Below, one piece after another: positions 1 to 8,161 of a stretch of 60,999 nucleotides of DNA. A program made the translations under genes and the position numbers. The notes under the pieces are model-generated. The model saw only the letters and a list, made by a program, of their open reading frames with translations. It ran no database searches and had not been told where the DNA came from. Each line of letters opens with the position of its first letter. Positions within the stretch are counted from its first letter, which is position 1. The stretch comes from Acidimicrobiia bacterium (lineage in GTDB: Bacteria > Actinomycetota > Acidimicrobiia > Spongiisociales > ZC4RG35): contig JAICGW010000001.1 of the NCBI GenBank assembly GCA_025922945.1, positions 1-60,999 on the forward strand, written 5' to 3'.

Positions 1-2
1 CG

Positions 3-173
3 GTCGCACTGGCTTCCTACCTTCGCAGCCAGGGCAGAGCCGAGGGCGAACTCGTTATCGAGCAGGGTGCCGAGATGGGCCATCCCTCGTTGATCCAACT
101 GCGCTGGGATCCGTCTCACACCCATCTCGGGGGCGAGGTGCAAAAGGACGAGGTTCGGTTCCTCAGCATTTGA
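3..173 (+). CDS. 3' end of an upstream CDS (partial, 57 codons); C-terminus reminiscent of PhzF-family isomerases
   Basis: Open frame from the window edge to TGA 171-173. Tail reads VALASYLRSQG...VIEQGAEMGHPSLIQL. Its stop overlaps the thrB TTG start (TTGA). Confidence 0.3.
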   Translation, partial: VALASYLRSQGRAEGELVIEQGAEMGHPSLIQLRWDPSHTHLGGEVQKDEVRFLSI

Positions 174-1045
174 TTACCTCCTCGCCATACCCTCCGCCGG
201 TGGCAGATGCCTCTGCCCCCGCCTCCTCGGCCAACCTGGGGCCGGGCTTCGACGTGCTGGCACTAGCGCTCGAGCTGCGCTGTCGGGTGCGAGCGGTTCC
301 GGCTCAGGAGTGGGCAATCGAGCATGTCGGAGAGGAGCGACCGCAAGGCTCAGCAGACGCCGTGTTGGTGGCAGCGCAGCGTGCGGTCGGCATCGATCTC
401 CCCTTGCGATTGACTGTCGACAACCAGATACCGATCGGCAAGGGGCTCGGATCCTCGGCTGCCGCCGCTACCGCCGGCGCTGTTGCCGCGTGGCGGGCGC
501 ACGGAGAGGAACCGGAAGATCGCCAAGTCTTCGATCTAGTCGCGGCGATGGAGGACCACCCCGATAACGCCGCCGCCTCTGTCTACGGCGGCCTGGTGCT
601 GTGTGCCCACGACGGGTCGGTGCTGCGCCTTCCGTTGCACCCGGGGCTCATACCGCTGGTGGCGGTTCCCGACTCCACGCTCGCCACCAATGAAGCCCGG
701 GCGGCGCTGCCGGATCGTCTGGAACGCGCGACGGTGGTTCGTTCACTCAGCCGGCTGGCGGCTCTGGTGGCCGGGTTGATGAGCGGGGACGGAGGTCTGT
801 TGGCAGCTGCTGCCGGCGACGAGATGCACGAAACCCCGCGCAACTCGCTTCGACCTGAGGCCGGAGAGGCGGTGGCCGCCGCCCGTGCTGCGGGCGCAGC
901 TCATGCTTCCTGGTCCGGTTCGGGGCCGGCGGTGGTAGCGTTGGTTGATCCAGCAAACGTTGTAAGAGTGGCGCGGGCCCTCGAATCAGCCATCGCCGGT
1001 GGCAGGGTGCTGGAGTTGAAAGTGGCCGCTACTGGCTACGAGTAA
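170..1045 (+). CDS. thrB: homoserine kinase (GHMP kinase)
   Basis: N-terminal SSANLGPGFD and GHMP motif PIGKGLGSSAAA; 291 aa, typical ThrB length. Confidence 0.85.
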   Translation: MITSSPYPPPVADASAPASSANLGPGFDVLALALELRCRVRAVPAQEWAIEHVGEERPQGSADAVLVAAQRAVGIDLPLRLTVDNQIPIGKGLGSSAAAATAGAVAAWRAHGEEPEDRQVFDLVAAMEDHPDNAAASVYGGLVLCAHDGSVLRLPLHPGLIPLVAVPDSTLATNEARAALPDRLERATVVRSLSRLAALVAGLMSGDGGLLAAAAGDEMHETPRNSLRPEAGEAVAAARAAGAAHASWSGSGPAVVALVDPANVVRVARALESAIAGGRVLELKVAATGYE

Positions 1046-1129
1046 TAACCCAGATGCCTGTTGGTTTTGACCGACTGAGCCTGGGGCGGCCAAGCTAGTT
1101 CCGTTCTAATCAATCACGTTTGAGGATCC

Positions 1130-1219
1130 ATGGGTTCACTGATCAAGAAGAGACGCAAGAAGATGTCCAAGCACAAGTATCGCAAGCGTCTTAAGGCCAA
1201 CCGCCACAAGAAGAAGTAA
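1130..1219 (+). CDS. small basic ribosomal protein bS22-like (29 aa), below the ORF-track cutoff
   Basis: ATG at 1130, TAA at 1217-1219. Encodes MGSLIKKRRKKMSKHKYRKRLKANRHKKK. GAGGA lies 5-6 nt upstream. Matches the MGSVIKKRRKRMxKKKHRK pattern of actinobacterial bS22. Confidence 0.6.
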   Translation: MGSLIKKRRKKMSKHKYRKRLKANRHKKK

Positions 1220-1283
1220 CGATCACCACGTTCTCTGGGCTGGTAGGTAGCCAGGGCCGCCCTGCGAGCCCTGGGTTCCCATC

Positions 1284-2018
1284 ATGACGGTGACGTACCG
1301 GCGAGAGGGGTCGGTGGCAATCATCACCATTGATCGCCCAGAGCGGCGGAACGCCATCGATTTGGCTGCTGCGGACTCCTTGCGGGCCTGCTGGAAGCAA
1401 TTCGACTCCGACGACGGCGCCCATGTCGGAATCCTTTATGGCGAGGGCGGTCACTTCTCCGCCGGCGGCGATCTCAAGGTCTTCGACCTGGTCGACCATC
1501 CCGATGGCTACCTCGGGTTTACCCGCACCAACGTGGGCAAGCCCACGATCGCCGCCATCGAGGGTTATTGCGTCGCCGGGGGACTGGAGATGGCTCTCTG
1601 GTGCGACCTTCGGGTCGCCTCGGAAGCGGCGGTGTTTGGCTGCTTCGAGCGTCGGTTTGGCGTGCCCTTGATAGACGGAGGAACCCAACGACTCCCGTTG
1701 ATCATCGGTCGGGGGCGGGCGCTCGACCTGGTGCTCACCGGGAGAGAGGTCGATGCCAGCGAAGCTGTGGCGATTGGGCTCGTCAATCGCGTGGTTCCGA
1801 TCGGGGAGGCTCTCGGAGCCAGCATCGCTCTGGCGGAATCGATCGCAGCTCATCCACAGATCACACTTCGCAGCGATCGGGCCGCGCTTTTGCGGGGAGT
1901 CGAGCTGCGACTTGATGTCGAGCGACAGCTGGGACTCGAAGCGTTAGGGCAACGAGGCGCTGAAGGAATCGAGTGGTTTAGGTCGGGTGATGGTCGTGGC
2001 GGGAGACAGATCGACTAG
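1284..2018 (+). CDS. enoyl-CoA hydratase/isomerase (crotonase) family protein
   Basis: VAIITIDRPERRNAID and FSAGGDLK crotonase signatures; 244 aa. Confidence 0.8.
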   Translation: MTVTYRREGSVAIITIDRPERRNAIDLAAADSLRACWKQFDSDDGAHVGILYGEGGHFSAGGDLKVFDLVDHPDGYLGFTRTNVGKPTIAAIEGYCVAGGLEMALWCDLRVASEAAVFGCFERRFGVPLIDGGTQRLPLIIGRGRALDLVLTGREVDASEAVAIGLVNRVVPIGEALGASIALAESIAAHPQITLRSDRAALLRGVELRLDVERQLGLEALGQRGAEGIEWFRSGDGRGGRQID

Positions 2019-2842
2019 TGGTCTTTGAGGAATCGTTCGATCTCGTCGACCAAGTCGCCACCGGTGTCCCTCTCGTCTTGGATTTCGGCTTCGAGCTTGC
2101 GCACGTACTGGGTTAGCTCCTCGTTGCGAGCGAGGGCCGCATCGACGGAGAGGCGGAACTCGATGCTGGCGGCGGCGAGATCGGAGGTGGCGATATCTAT
2201 CCCCAGCACCTCTCCGGCTTTCCGCACCAAGGCATATGTGGCGGGTGGGTAGTCGGCACCACCTAGGTAGTGAGGCACGGCAGCCCAAATTGACATGGTT
2301 TCAAAACCAGCTTCACCGAGTTGCTGGGTGAGCACTCCGACGATGCCAGTCGGACCTTCGTAGTTGGTCGACGCGATCTCGTGCCCGGCCAGAAGCTCGG
2401 GGTTGGCGCTTGACCCCACGAGGGGCGTGGGACGGCTGTGAGGGACTTGTCCCAAGAACGCGCCGAGCAGTACGACGCGATCAACACTGATAGAACCCAG
2501 GACCTCGGCCACGGCCTCGCCAAAAGCTCGCCACCGCAGGTTGGGCTCTTCACCGAGGAGAACAACCACGTCGCGGTCGGGTAGGTGCAGGGCGTGAAAC
2601 TCGTTGCGCGGCCAGTGCACCATGCGCATTCCCGAGTCGACAAACTCCACTTGTGGGCGGGTGTCGGTGAAGTTGTAGAACTCGTCAGGATCGATCAGGG
2701 CGAAGGCGTCGCCTTCGATTGTGGCGATCAAGTGAGCGGCTGCCGATGTCGAGCAGTTGCCGGCATCACCCCAGCCGGAGAATGCGATCACCGCCACCGG
2801 CGAGCGCAAATCCGGATGGCGGAACCACTCGACGCTTGCCAT
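2015..2842 (-). CDS. PAC2 (proteasome assembly chaperone 2-like) family protein
   Basis: N-terminus LRSPVAVIAFSGWGDAGN and overall pattern typical of actinobacterial PAC2 proteins. Convergent CTAG stop overlap with the crotonase gene. Confidence 0.7.
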   Translation of the reverse strand: MASVEWFRHPDLRSPVAVIAFSGWGDAGNCSTSAAAHLIATIEGDAFALIDPDEFYNFTDTRPQVEFVDSGMRMVHWPRNEFHALHLPDRDVVVLLGEEPNLRWRAFGEAVAEVLGSISVDRVVLLGAFLGQVPHSRPTPLVGSSANPELLAGHEIASTNYEGPTGIVGVLTQQLGEAGFETMSIWAAVPHYLGGADYPPATYALVRKAGEVLGIDIATSDLAAASIEFRLSVDAALARNEELTQYVRKLEAEIQDERDTGGDLVDEIERFLKDH

Positions 2843-2873
2843 GCGGACACCCTACCGGCCCCGCCGTATTGCG

Positions 2874-4994
2874 TCAGGTGATTGTCGGATTTGCTCCCCG
2901 GAGGCGCAGGCTGTTGATAACCACCGACACCGACGACAGCGCCATGGCCGCAGCCGCAATCATTGGATCGAGGAAGCCGAAGGCGGCCAGGGGAATGGCG
3001 GCCACGTTGTAGGCGAAGGCCCAGAAGAGGTTCTGGCGAATGACCGCAAGGGTTTTTCGGGCCAGCTTTAGCGCCGTGGGGACGAGGGCGGGGTCGCCGG
3101 ACATCAACACCACGTTGGCGGTCTCGACCGCGACGTCGGTTCCTGTCCCGATGGCAATTCCGAGATCGGCCGTAGTCAGCGCCGGAGCGTCGTTGATGCC
3201 GTCGCCGACGAAAGCGACTTGGCCTTGAGTTTGCCAGCGTCTGATCTCGTCAGCTTTGTCGCCTGGCAAAACCTCGGAGATGACGTCAACGATGCCGAGG
3301 TCTGCGGCGATGGCGGAGGCCGTTCGGGAATTGTCACCGGTGAGCATGGCAACCCTTAGGCCCATCGCGCGCAGGGTTGCAACTGCAGCCCTCGAGGTCG
3401 GCCTCAGTTCGTCGGCTGCTGCCAGAACGGCTCGCGCCTCACCGCGATAGCCGGCCAGAAACGCCGTCTTTCCCTCCGCTTCGAGGCGGGCCATTGCTTC
3501 GAGCTGGTCATCGGAGATCGGGAGCCCACGGTCGGCCAGCAGCTTGGGCTTTCCGGCGACGATCTCGATCCCACCGGCCCAACCGACTACTCCCAAGCCG
3601 CCAAGGGACTCGACGTCGGTTGCCTCTCCCACCACAAAGCCCCGCTGCTCGGCTCCCAGAGCGACGGCCTTGCCGATTGGGTGACCGCTGGCGGCCTCGA
3701 TCGCGGCCACCAACGGAAGCAGATAGTCCGGGTCCTCATCGGTCACCACATCAGTGAGCGTCATCGCCCCGGTGGTCAAAGTTCCGGTCTTATCGAAGAC
3801 GAGGGTTTCGATCCGTTGAGCTCGTTCGAAGACCTCGGGATTCTTAAACAGCACCCCCAACTCAGCGGCGCGGCCGCTCCCGACCATGATTGCCGTCGGA
3901 GTGGCCAGGCCGAGGGCACACGGGCAGGCGATGATCAACACGGCTACCGCGGCCCGCACCGAGTCCGCGGCCGGATGGCCGGTGGCCAGCCAGACAATGA
4001 AAGTGACAAGCGCAATGGAGATGACCAAGGGGACGAAGACCGAAGAGATGCGATCGGCCAGGCGCTGCACTGGAGCCTTTCCAGATTGCGCCTCCTCAAC
4101 CAGGGCGATGATTCGGTGCAACGCATCGTCTTCGCCGACCCTGGTGGCCTTGACCAGGACCAAACGTTCTTGGTTGATGGTGGCGCCCAGAACCTCCTCG
4201 CCTTCTCCCTTGGAGATGCCGGTCGATTCGCCGGTGAGCATCGACTCGTCGAACGAGGAGTGTCCCGCGGTGATGACGCCGTCGGTCGGTACCTTTTCGC
4301 CCGGTCGCACCACCATCACGTCTCCGGGAATCAGCTCCTCGATGTCCACAATCCGATCGCCCTGGCTGGTGCGGATCGTCGCCTGTTGAGCGCCCAACTG
4401 GAGGAGGGCGGTCAAGGCCTGTCCGGCCCGACCTTTGGCTCGCGCCTCGAGTGCCCGACCGAGCGTGATGAGCGTGACGATGATCGCCGCCGTTTCAAAG
4501 AAGACCTCGCCCTGGTTGAAAAGCGCCCAGACTGACCAGATGAAGGCCACCAGGGAACCGAGCGAGATGAGGGTGTCCATCCCCACCGACCGCGATCGCG
4601 CCTGTTTCCAAGCGACACGATGGAATTGGGCGCCGATGCCAAGCACTACCGGGGCGGTGAGGGCGAGCTGCAGCCAGCGGAGGCCGCTGTCATCCATCCC
4701 CCCGAACATGGCGATGATCATCGCCGGGAGGGAGAGGAGCGCCGCGATCCAAAACCGGCGCCACTGAGCTTTCTCCTCGGCGCCGTGTCGCACTCGAGAT
4801 CGGGTGTGGTCGCCTGGGTCGGACACCGCGAGGCCGTATCCGATCTTCGAAACGGCCTCGATCAGGTCGCCGGGCTGGGATGCGGATGATCGCACCCTGG
4901 CTCGGGCGGCGGCCAGGTTGACGGTCGCGCTCTCCACTCCCGGTTGGCGCGCCAGAACCCGTTCGATACGAGCCGCGCACGAGGCACAGGTCAT
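2874..4994 (-). CDS. copA: copper-translocating P1B-type ATPase
   Basis: GMTCASC metal-binding site, CPCALGLATP, DKTGTLT and GDGINDAP motifs. The first ATG (4994) lies inside the GMTCxxC motif, so the true start is probably upstream (see findings). Confidence 0.9.
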   Translation of the reverse strand: MTCASCAARIERVLARQPGVESATVNLAAARARVRSSASQPGDLIEAVSKIGYGLAVSDPGDHTRSRVRHGAEEKAQWRRFWIAALLSLPAMIIAMFGGMDDSGLRWLQLALTAPVVLGIGAQFHRVAWKQARSRSVGMDTLISLGSLVAFIWSVWALFNQGEVFFETAAIIVTLITLGRALEARAKGRAGQALTALLQLGAQQATIRTSQGDRIVDIEELIPGDVMVVRPGEKVPTDGVITAGHSSFDESMLTGESTGISKGEGEEVLGATINQERLVLVKATRVGEDDALHRIIALVEEAQSGKAPVQRLADRISSVFVPLVISIALVTFIVWLATGHPAADSVRAAVAVLIIACPCALGLATPTAIMVGSGRAAELGVLFKNPEVFERAQRIETLVFDKTGTLTTGAMTLTDVVTDEDPDYLLPLVAAIEAASGHPIGKAVALGAEQRGFVVGEATDVESLGGLGVVGWAGGIEIVAGKPKLLADRGLPISDDQLEAMARLEAEGKTAFLAGYRGEARAVLAAADELRPTSRAAVATLRAMGLRVAMLTGDNSRTASAIAADLGIVDVISEVLPGDKADEIRRWQTQGQVAFVGDGINDAPALTTADLGIAIGTGTDVAVETANVVLMSGDPALVPTALKLARKTLAVIRQNLFWAFAYNVAAIPLAAFGFLDPMIAAAAMALSSVSVVINSLRLRGANPTIT

Positions 4995-5038
4995 CCCCTC
5001 GACGTCGAAGGTCAGGGTTTCAGACTGCTTGGTGTTCG

Positions 5039-5245
5039 TTATCGGGCCACCTCATAGCCGGCTTCGTCCAGGGTGGCGACGATCTCGGGAAGGGTCACGG
5101 CGTTGTCGTCGAAGTCAATTGCCACGGTCCGCTGGTCGATGTCGACTTCAACCATGCCGATGCCATCGAGCTGACCCACCGCCCCCTCAATCGTCTTCTT
5201 GCAGTGATCGCAGGAGATTCCAGGGACATTCAAGGTGGTGTTCAT
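5039..5245 (-). CDS. copZ: copper chaperone, heavy-metal-associated domain
   Basis: 68 aa with GISCDHC (MxCxxC-type) motif. ATGA overlap with the csoR stop. Confidence 0.85.
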   Translation of the reverse strand: MNTTLNVPGISCDHCKKTIEGAVGQLDGIGMVEVDIDQRTVAIDFDDNAVTLPEIVATLDEAGYEVAR

Positions 5246-5535
5246 ATCGCTTCCTTTCCGGGTCCGGTGACGGCCCGGGTGTACTTCAGGGTTTCCATAA
5301 GCTCATCGATCATCTCGGCGGACCTGCCCGCGCGGATCGCCTCGGTGACGCAGGTCTCGAGGTGGTTTTGGAGGACGACCCGGTTCACCTTCTCGAGCGA
5401 TGCCTGGAGGGCGGAGACCTGTTTCATCACCTCCGGGCAGTATCGATCTTCCTCGACCATGCCAATGACGGCGTCCAGGTGGCCCCGCACGGTCCGTAAA
5501 CGATTGAGAGCCGAGCGCCGGTGGGCATCATTCAT
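5242..5535 (-). CDS. csoR: CsoR-family copper-sensing transcriptional repressor
   Basis: 97 aa with RLRTVRGHLDAVIGMVEEDRYCPEV and HLETC (Cys-His-Cys ligand pattern of CsoR). Confidence 0.85.
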   Translation of the reverse strand: MNDAHRRSALNRLRTVRGHLDAVIGMVEEDRYCPEVMKQVSALQASLEKVNRVVLQNHLETCVTEAIRAGRSAEMIDELMETLKYTRAVTGPGKEAI

Positions 5536-5546
5536 GCCCTCATCCT

Positions 5547-5565
5547 ACCCCACCCGGGGTGGGTT
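5547..5565 (-). promoter_or_regulatory. candidate CsoR operator (GC-rich inverted repeat)
   Basis: ACCCCACCCGGGGTGGGTT with perfect CCCACCC-G-GGGTGGG dyad, 12-30 nt upstream of the csoR ATG. Resembles the CCCACCCC...GGGGTGGG core of described CsoR operators. Confidence 0.55.
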
Positions 5566-5598
5566 CAGACACCATTGGATTCGAGGTCTGGCAAAGGC

Positions 5599-5629
5599 GA
5601 GGCCCCGGCGGAGGGGACGCCGGGGCCTC
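5599..5629 (-). terminator. strong GC hairpin downstream of the 5693-5887 gene
   Basis: GAGGCCCCGGCG-GAGGGGA-CGCCGGGGCCTC, 12-bp perfect stem. On the minus strand it is followed by TCGCCTTTGCC. Confidence 0.4.
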
Positions 5630-5692
5630 TCTTTCTAGGATTCGCAGTGTCGGGGGAGGGGGAGAGAACCTGACCCAGCGCTCCTAGAAGTC

Positions 5693-5887
5693 TCAGGTCC
5701 CTTCGGGGAGAATCCGGCCCCGAACCCGAGGAAAGCGGACGGGGGCGTGGGCATAGCAATAGTCACGACGGTTGTATTGGCTGAGCCTGGTCTCGCACTC
5801 CTTGTGGGAGCAGACCCGATCCTGGGCGTAACGACGCGATGGACGGGTCATTCCCCGTATCGCTGAACCTTTAAGTGTATCTGACAT
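5693..5887 (-). CDS. small hypothetical protein with putative zinc-ribbon-like CxxxxC...CxxH pattern
   Basis: 64 aa. GGAAGGAGG Shine-Dalgarno 10 nt upstream of the ATG. Contains CSHKEC...CYAH. Confidence 0.5.
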   Translation of the reverse strand: MSDTLKGSAIRGMTRPSRRYAQDRVCSHKECETRLSQYNRRDYCYAHAPVRFPRVRGRILPEGT

Positions 5888-6110
5888 AGGTTGGGCCTCC
5901 TTCCTGGCGGCCTTAACGGATACAACAGATCTATCTGACCAATTCTTCCGCTATGCCAGGTTCCCAACACGCCCCCCTCCCAAACAAAGTGGCCCCTTGT
6001 TGGCAGAGGCGCCCACGGGTCCTGGCCCGGCTCTCCACCAGTCTTACTGCACCTGGTTAAACGCCCCTTAAAGGGCTATTTCCCTTCGGGGAGTTCTCTC
6101 CCTTATACGC

Positions 6111-8075
6111 CTAGACCGGAGGTTCGGTTCCCATCCCAAGTTTGCGGAGAAAGGCTTCGTTGTTGGGTTCGCGGCCGAGAAAGGCGCGTAAGTGTTCCAT
6201 CCCGTCCCGGCTCCCACCCCGCTCCAGAACCTCCCGGCGGTAATCGGCACCGACCTTGGGATTGGTGACCCCCTCTTTCTCGAACCGGCTCCACATGTCG
6301 TCGCCGTACACCTCCGACCAGAGGTATCCGTAGTAGCCGGCGTCATATCCCCCCAATAAGTGTCCAAATGACGCCGGATAGAAGGTGTCGGGGTGGACCG
6401 GAAAGAGACTGACTTGAGTCGAGCGGACGTGGATATCGTCGAGGTCTTTTTGCGGTGTCTCGTCGTGCATCCACATGTCGAGCAGCCCGAATTGGGCCTG
6501 GCGCAGGGTCAGCAAGGCAATGTTGAGGTTCTTGGCAGCGGTGAGTTGAGAGACCAGCTCGGGCGGGATCGGTTGACCGGTTTGATAGTGACGGGCGAAG
6601 CGGGCCAGGACCTGGGGCTGCCAGGTCCAGTTCTCCATGATCTGGCTGGGGGCCTCGACGAAGTCGCCCTCGGTGGAGGTGCCGGAGAACTTGGTGAGCT
6701 CGGCCCTGGTCAGGGTTTGATGGAGAATGTGGCCGAACTCGTGAAAGAAGGTCTCGACCTCCTGGTGCTGGAGGAGGGAAGGTCGTTCGGTCCCGGGCTT
6801 GGTGAAGTTGGCGACGATCGCCGCCAATGGCTTCTGGTAGCTGCCGTCGTCGAGCCGACGCCCAGGAATCAGCGGGAAGGCGGCGGCATGGCTGAACTTT
6901 CCCTCCCGCGGGAAGAGATCCATGAAGAAATGGGCGATTTCTTGCCCGGTGGCGGCGTCGTCGATGGCATAGGCGAAAACGTCTGGGTGCCAGGAAGGTC
7001 GGTCGATCTTCCGATAACGGAGCCCGAATACCTCGCCGGTCAGCTCGAGCATCCCATCGAGGACTTGCTGTAGGGGGAAATGAGCAGCCACTTCGGTCGG
7101 GTCGACGCCATAGTCGCGCCGGCGAAGCTGGGTGTCGTAGTAGCGGAAGTCGTAGCCCTGGAGCTCGCCATCGAAGCCATCGGCTCGGAGCATCTCGGTG
7201 AGCTTTCCGAGCTCGGATTGTCCGATCTCGGAGAGACCGGGGAGCAGGGAGGCATAGAAGGAGCGGACCGCCTCCGGATTCTTGGCCATCTTCTCTTCGA
7301 GCTGGTGGTGCGCCCACGAAGGTTGAGAGAAGATCTCGGCGATCCTCTGACGTGCCGCGATGGCTTCCTCGAGTAGCGGTCGGTTGGGTTCGACCGCCCG
7401 ACTGTTGAACTTCCGGGAGAGCTCCTCGCGGAGATCGCGGCGGGGTGAGTTCTCCATGAACGGGACCACGTCGGGATACGCCATCGTCACCTTCAACGTC
7501 CCCTCGGTATCTCCGGCTTCAAGTCCCTCGATATAGGACTCCGGCATCCCCTCGAGATCATCCCGGGTGACCACGAGGTGGTCTTGATGTTCGTCGATGT
7601 TGCGCTGGAAGAGCACTCCGAGCTCAACCAGGCGCTCGGTGAGCTTTTTGACCTCGGCCCGCGAGTCATCGTCGAGCTCGTGTCCTGCCTTGCGAAGGTC
7701 TCGGAGGAGAAACTCGAGCATGCGGCGGCGCTCACCTGAAAGCCCTGCGGCCTCCGGGGATTCCGAATAGGACTTTATGGCGCGGTAGAAATCGGGCCGA
7801 AAGACCAGCTCCACGGCCCACTTTTGGATTCGCTCCTCGGCGGCATTGCCGGCGTCGCGAACCTCCTTCTCGGTGTGGACATAACCCATGAACGCGGTCC
7901 GGCCATAAGCATTAACCAAGCGATCCTCGATCTCGTTCAGCGGAGCAAGGACGCTGTCGTAAGTGGCCTCGGTCGTCGGATCCACGACCCCGGCCACGAG
8001 TCGATCCGCTTCCGAAAGGGCGGCCTCGAGATCCTCAGTGATCCCGGAAGCGGTCACCTGCGTGTAGTCGAACAT
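6111..8075 (-). CDS. M3-family zinc metallopeptidase (oligopeptidase / dipeptidyl carboxypeptidase-like)
   Basis: HEFGH zinc motif (FFHEFGHILH) and M3-like length. Start placed at ATG 8075 (MFDYTQV); the track's TTG at 8108 is an alternative. Confidence 0.85.
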   Translation of the reverse strand: MFDYTQVTASGITEDLEAALSEADRLVAGVVDPTTEATYDSVLAPLNEIEDRLVNAYGRTAFMGYVHTEKEVRDAGNAAEERIQKWAVELVFRPDFYRAIKSYSESPEAAGLSGERRRMLEFLLRDLRKAGHELDDDSRAEVKKLTERLVELGVLFQRNIDEHQDHLVVTRDDLEGMPESYIEGLEAGDTEGTLKVTMAYPDVVPFMENSPRRDLREELSRKFNSRAVEPNRPLLEEAIAARQRIAEIFSQPSWAHHQLEEKMAKNPEAVRSFYASLLPGLSEIGQSELGKLTEMLRADGFDGELQGYDFRYYDTQLRRRDYGVDPTEVAAHFPLQQVLDGMLELTGEVFGLRYRKIDRPSWHPDVFAYAIDDAATGQEIAHFFMDLFPREGKFSHAAAFPLIPGRRLDDGSYQKPLAAIVANFTKPGTERPSLLQHQEVETFFHEFGHILHQTLTRAELTKFSGTSTEGDFVEAPSQIMENWTWQPQVLARFARHYQTGQPIPPELVSQLTAAKNLNIALLTLRQAQFGLLDMWMHDETPQKDLDDIHVRSTQVSLFPVHPDTFYPASFGHLLGGYDAGYYGYLWSEVYGDDMWSRFEKEGVTNPKVGADYRREVLERGGSRDGMEHLRAFLGREPNNEAFLRKLGMGTEPPV

Positions 8076-8120
8076 CGGCCGAAGACAATAGATGGCAGAC
8101 AAATACAAAGGACAAAGACG

Positions 8121-8161
8121 TCAGATATCAGATGTCAGATATCAGAGGCAGATGTCAGACG
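8121..8161. repeat. tandem heptad array, TCAGATR x6
   Basis: tcagata tcagatg tcagata tcagagg cagatg tcagacg. AT-rich relative to its surroundings. Overlaps the TGA stop of the amidohydrolase gene. Confidence 0.6.

Noticed and set aside
3681-4535. 284-aa + strand ORF
   Set aside because: It is antisense to copA, which carries every P-type ATPase signature. Shadow ORF.
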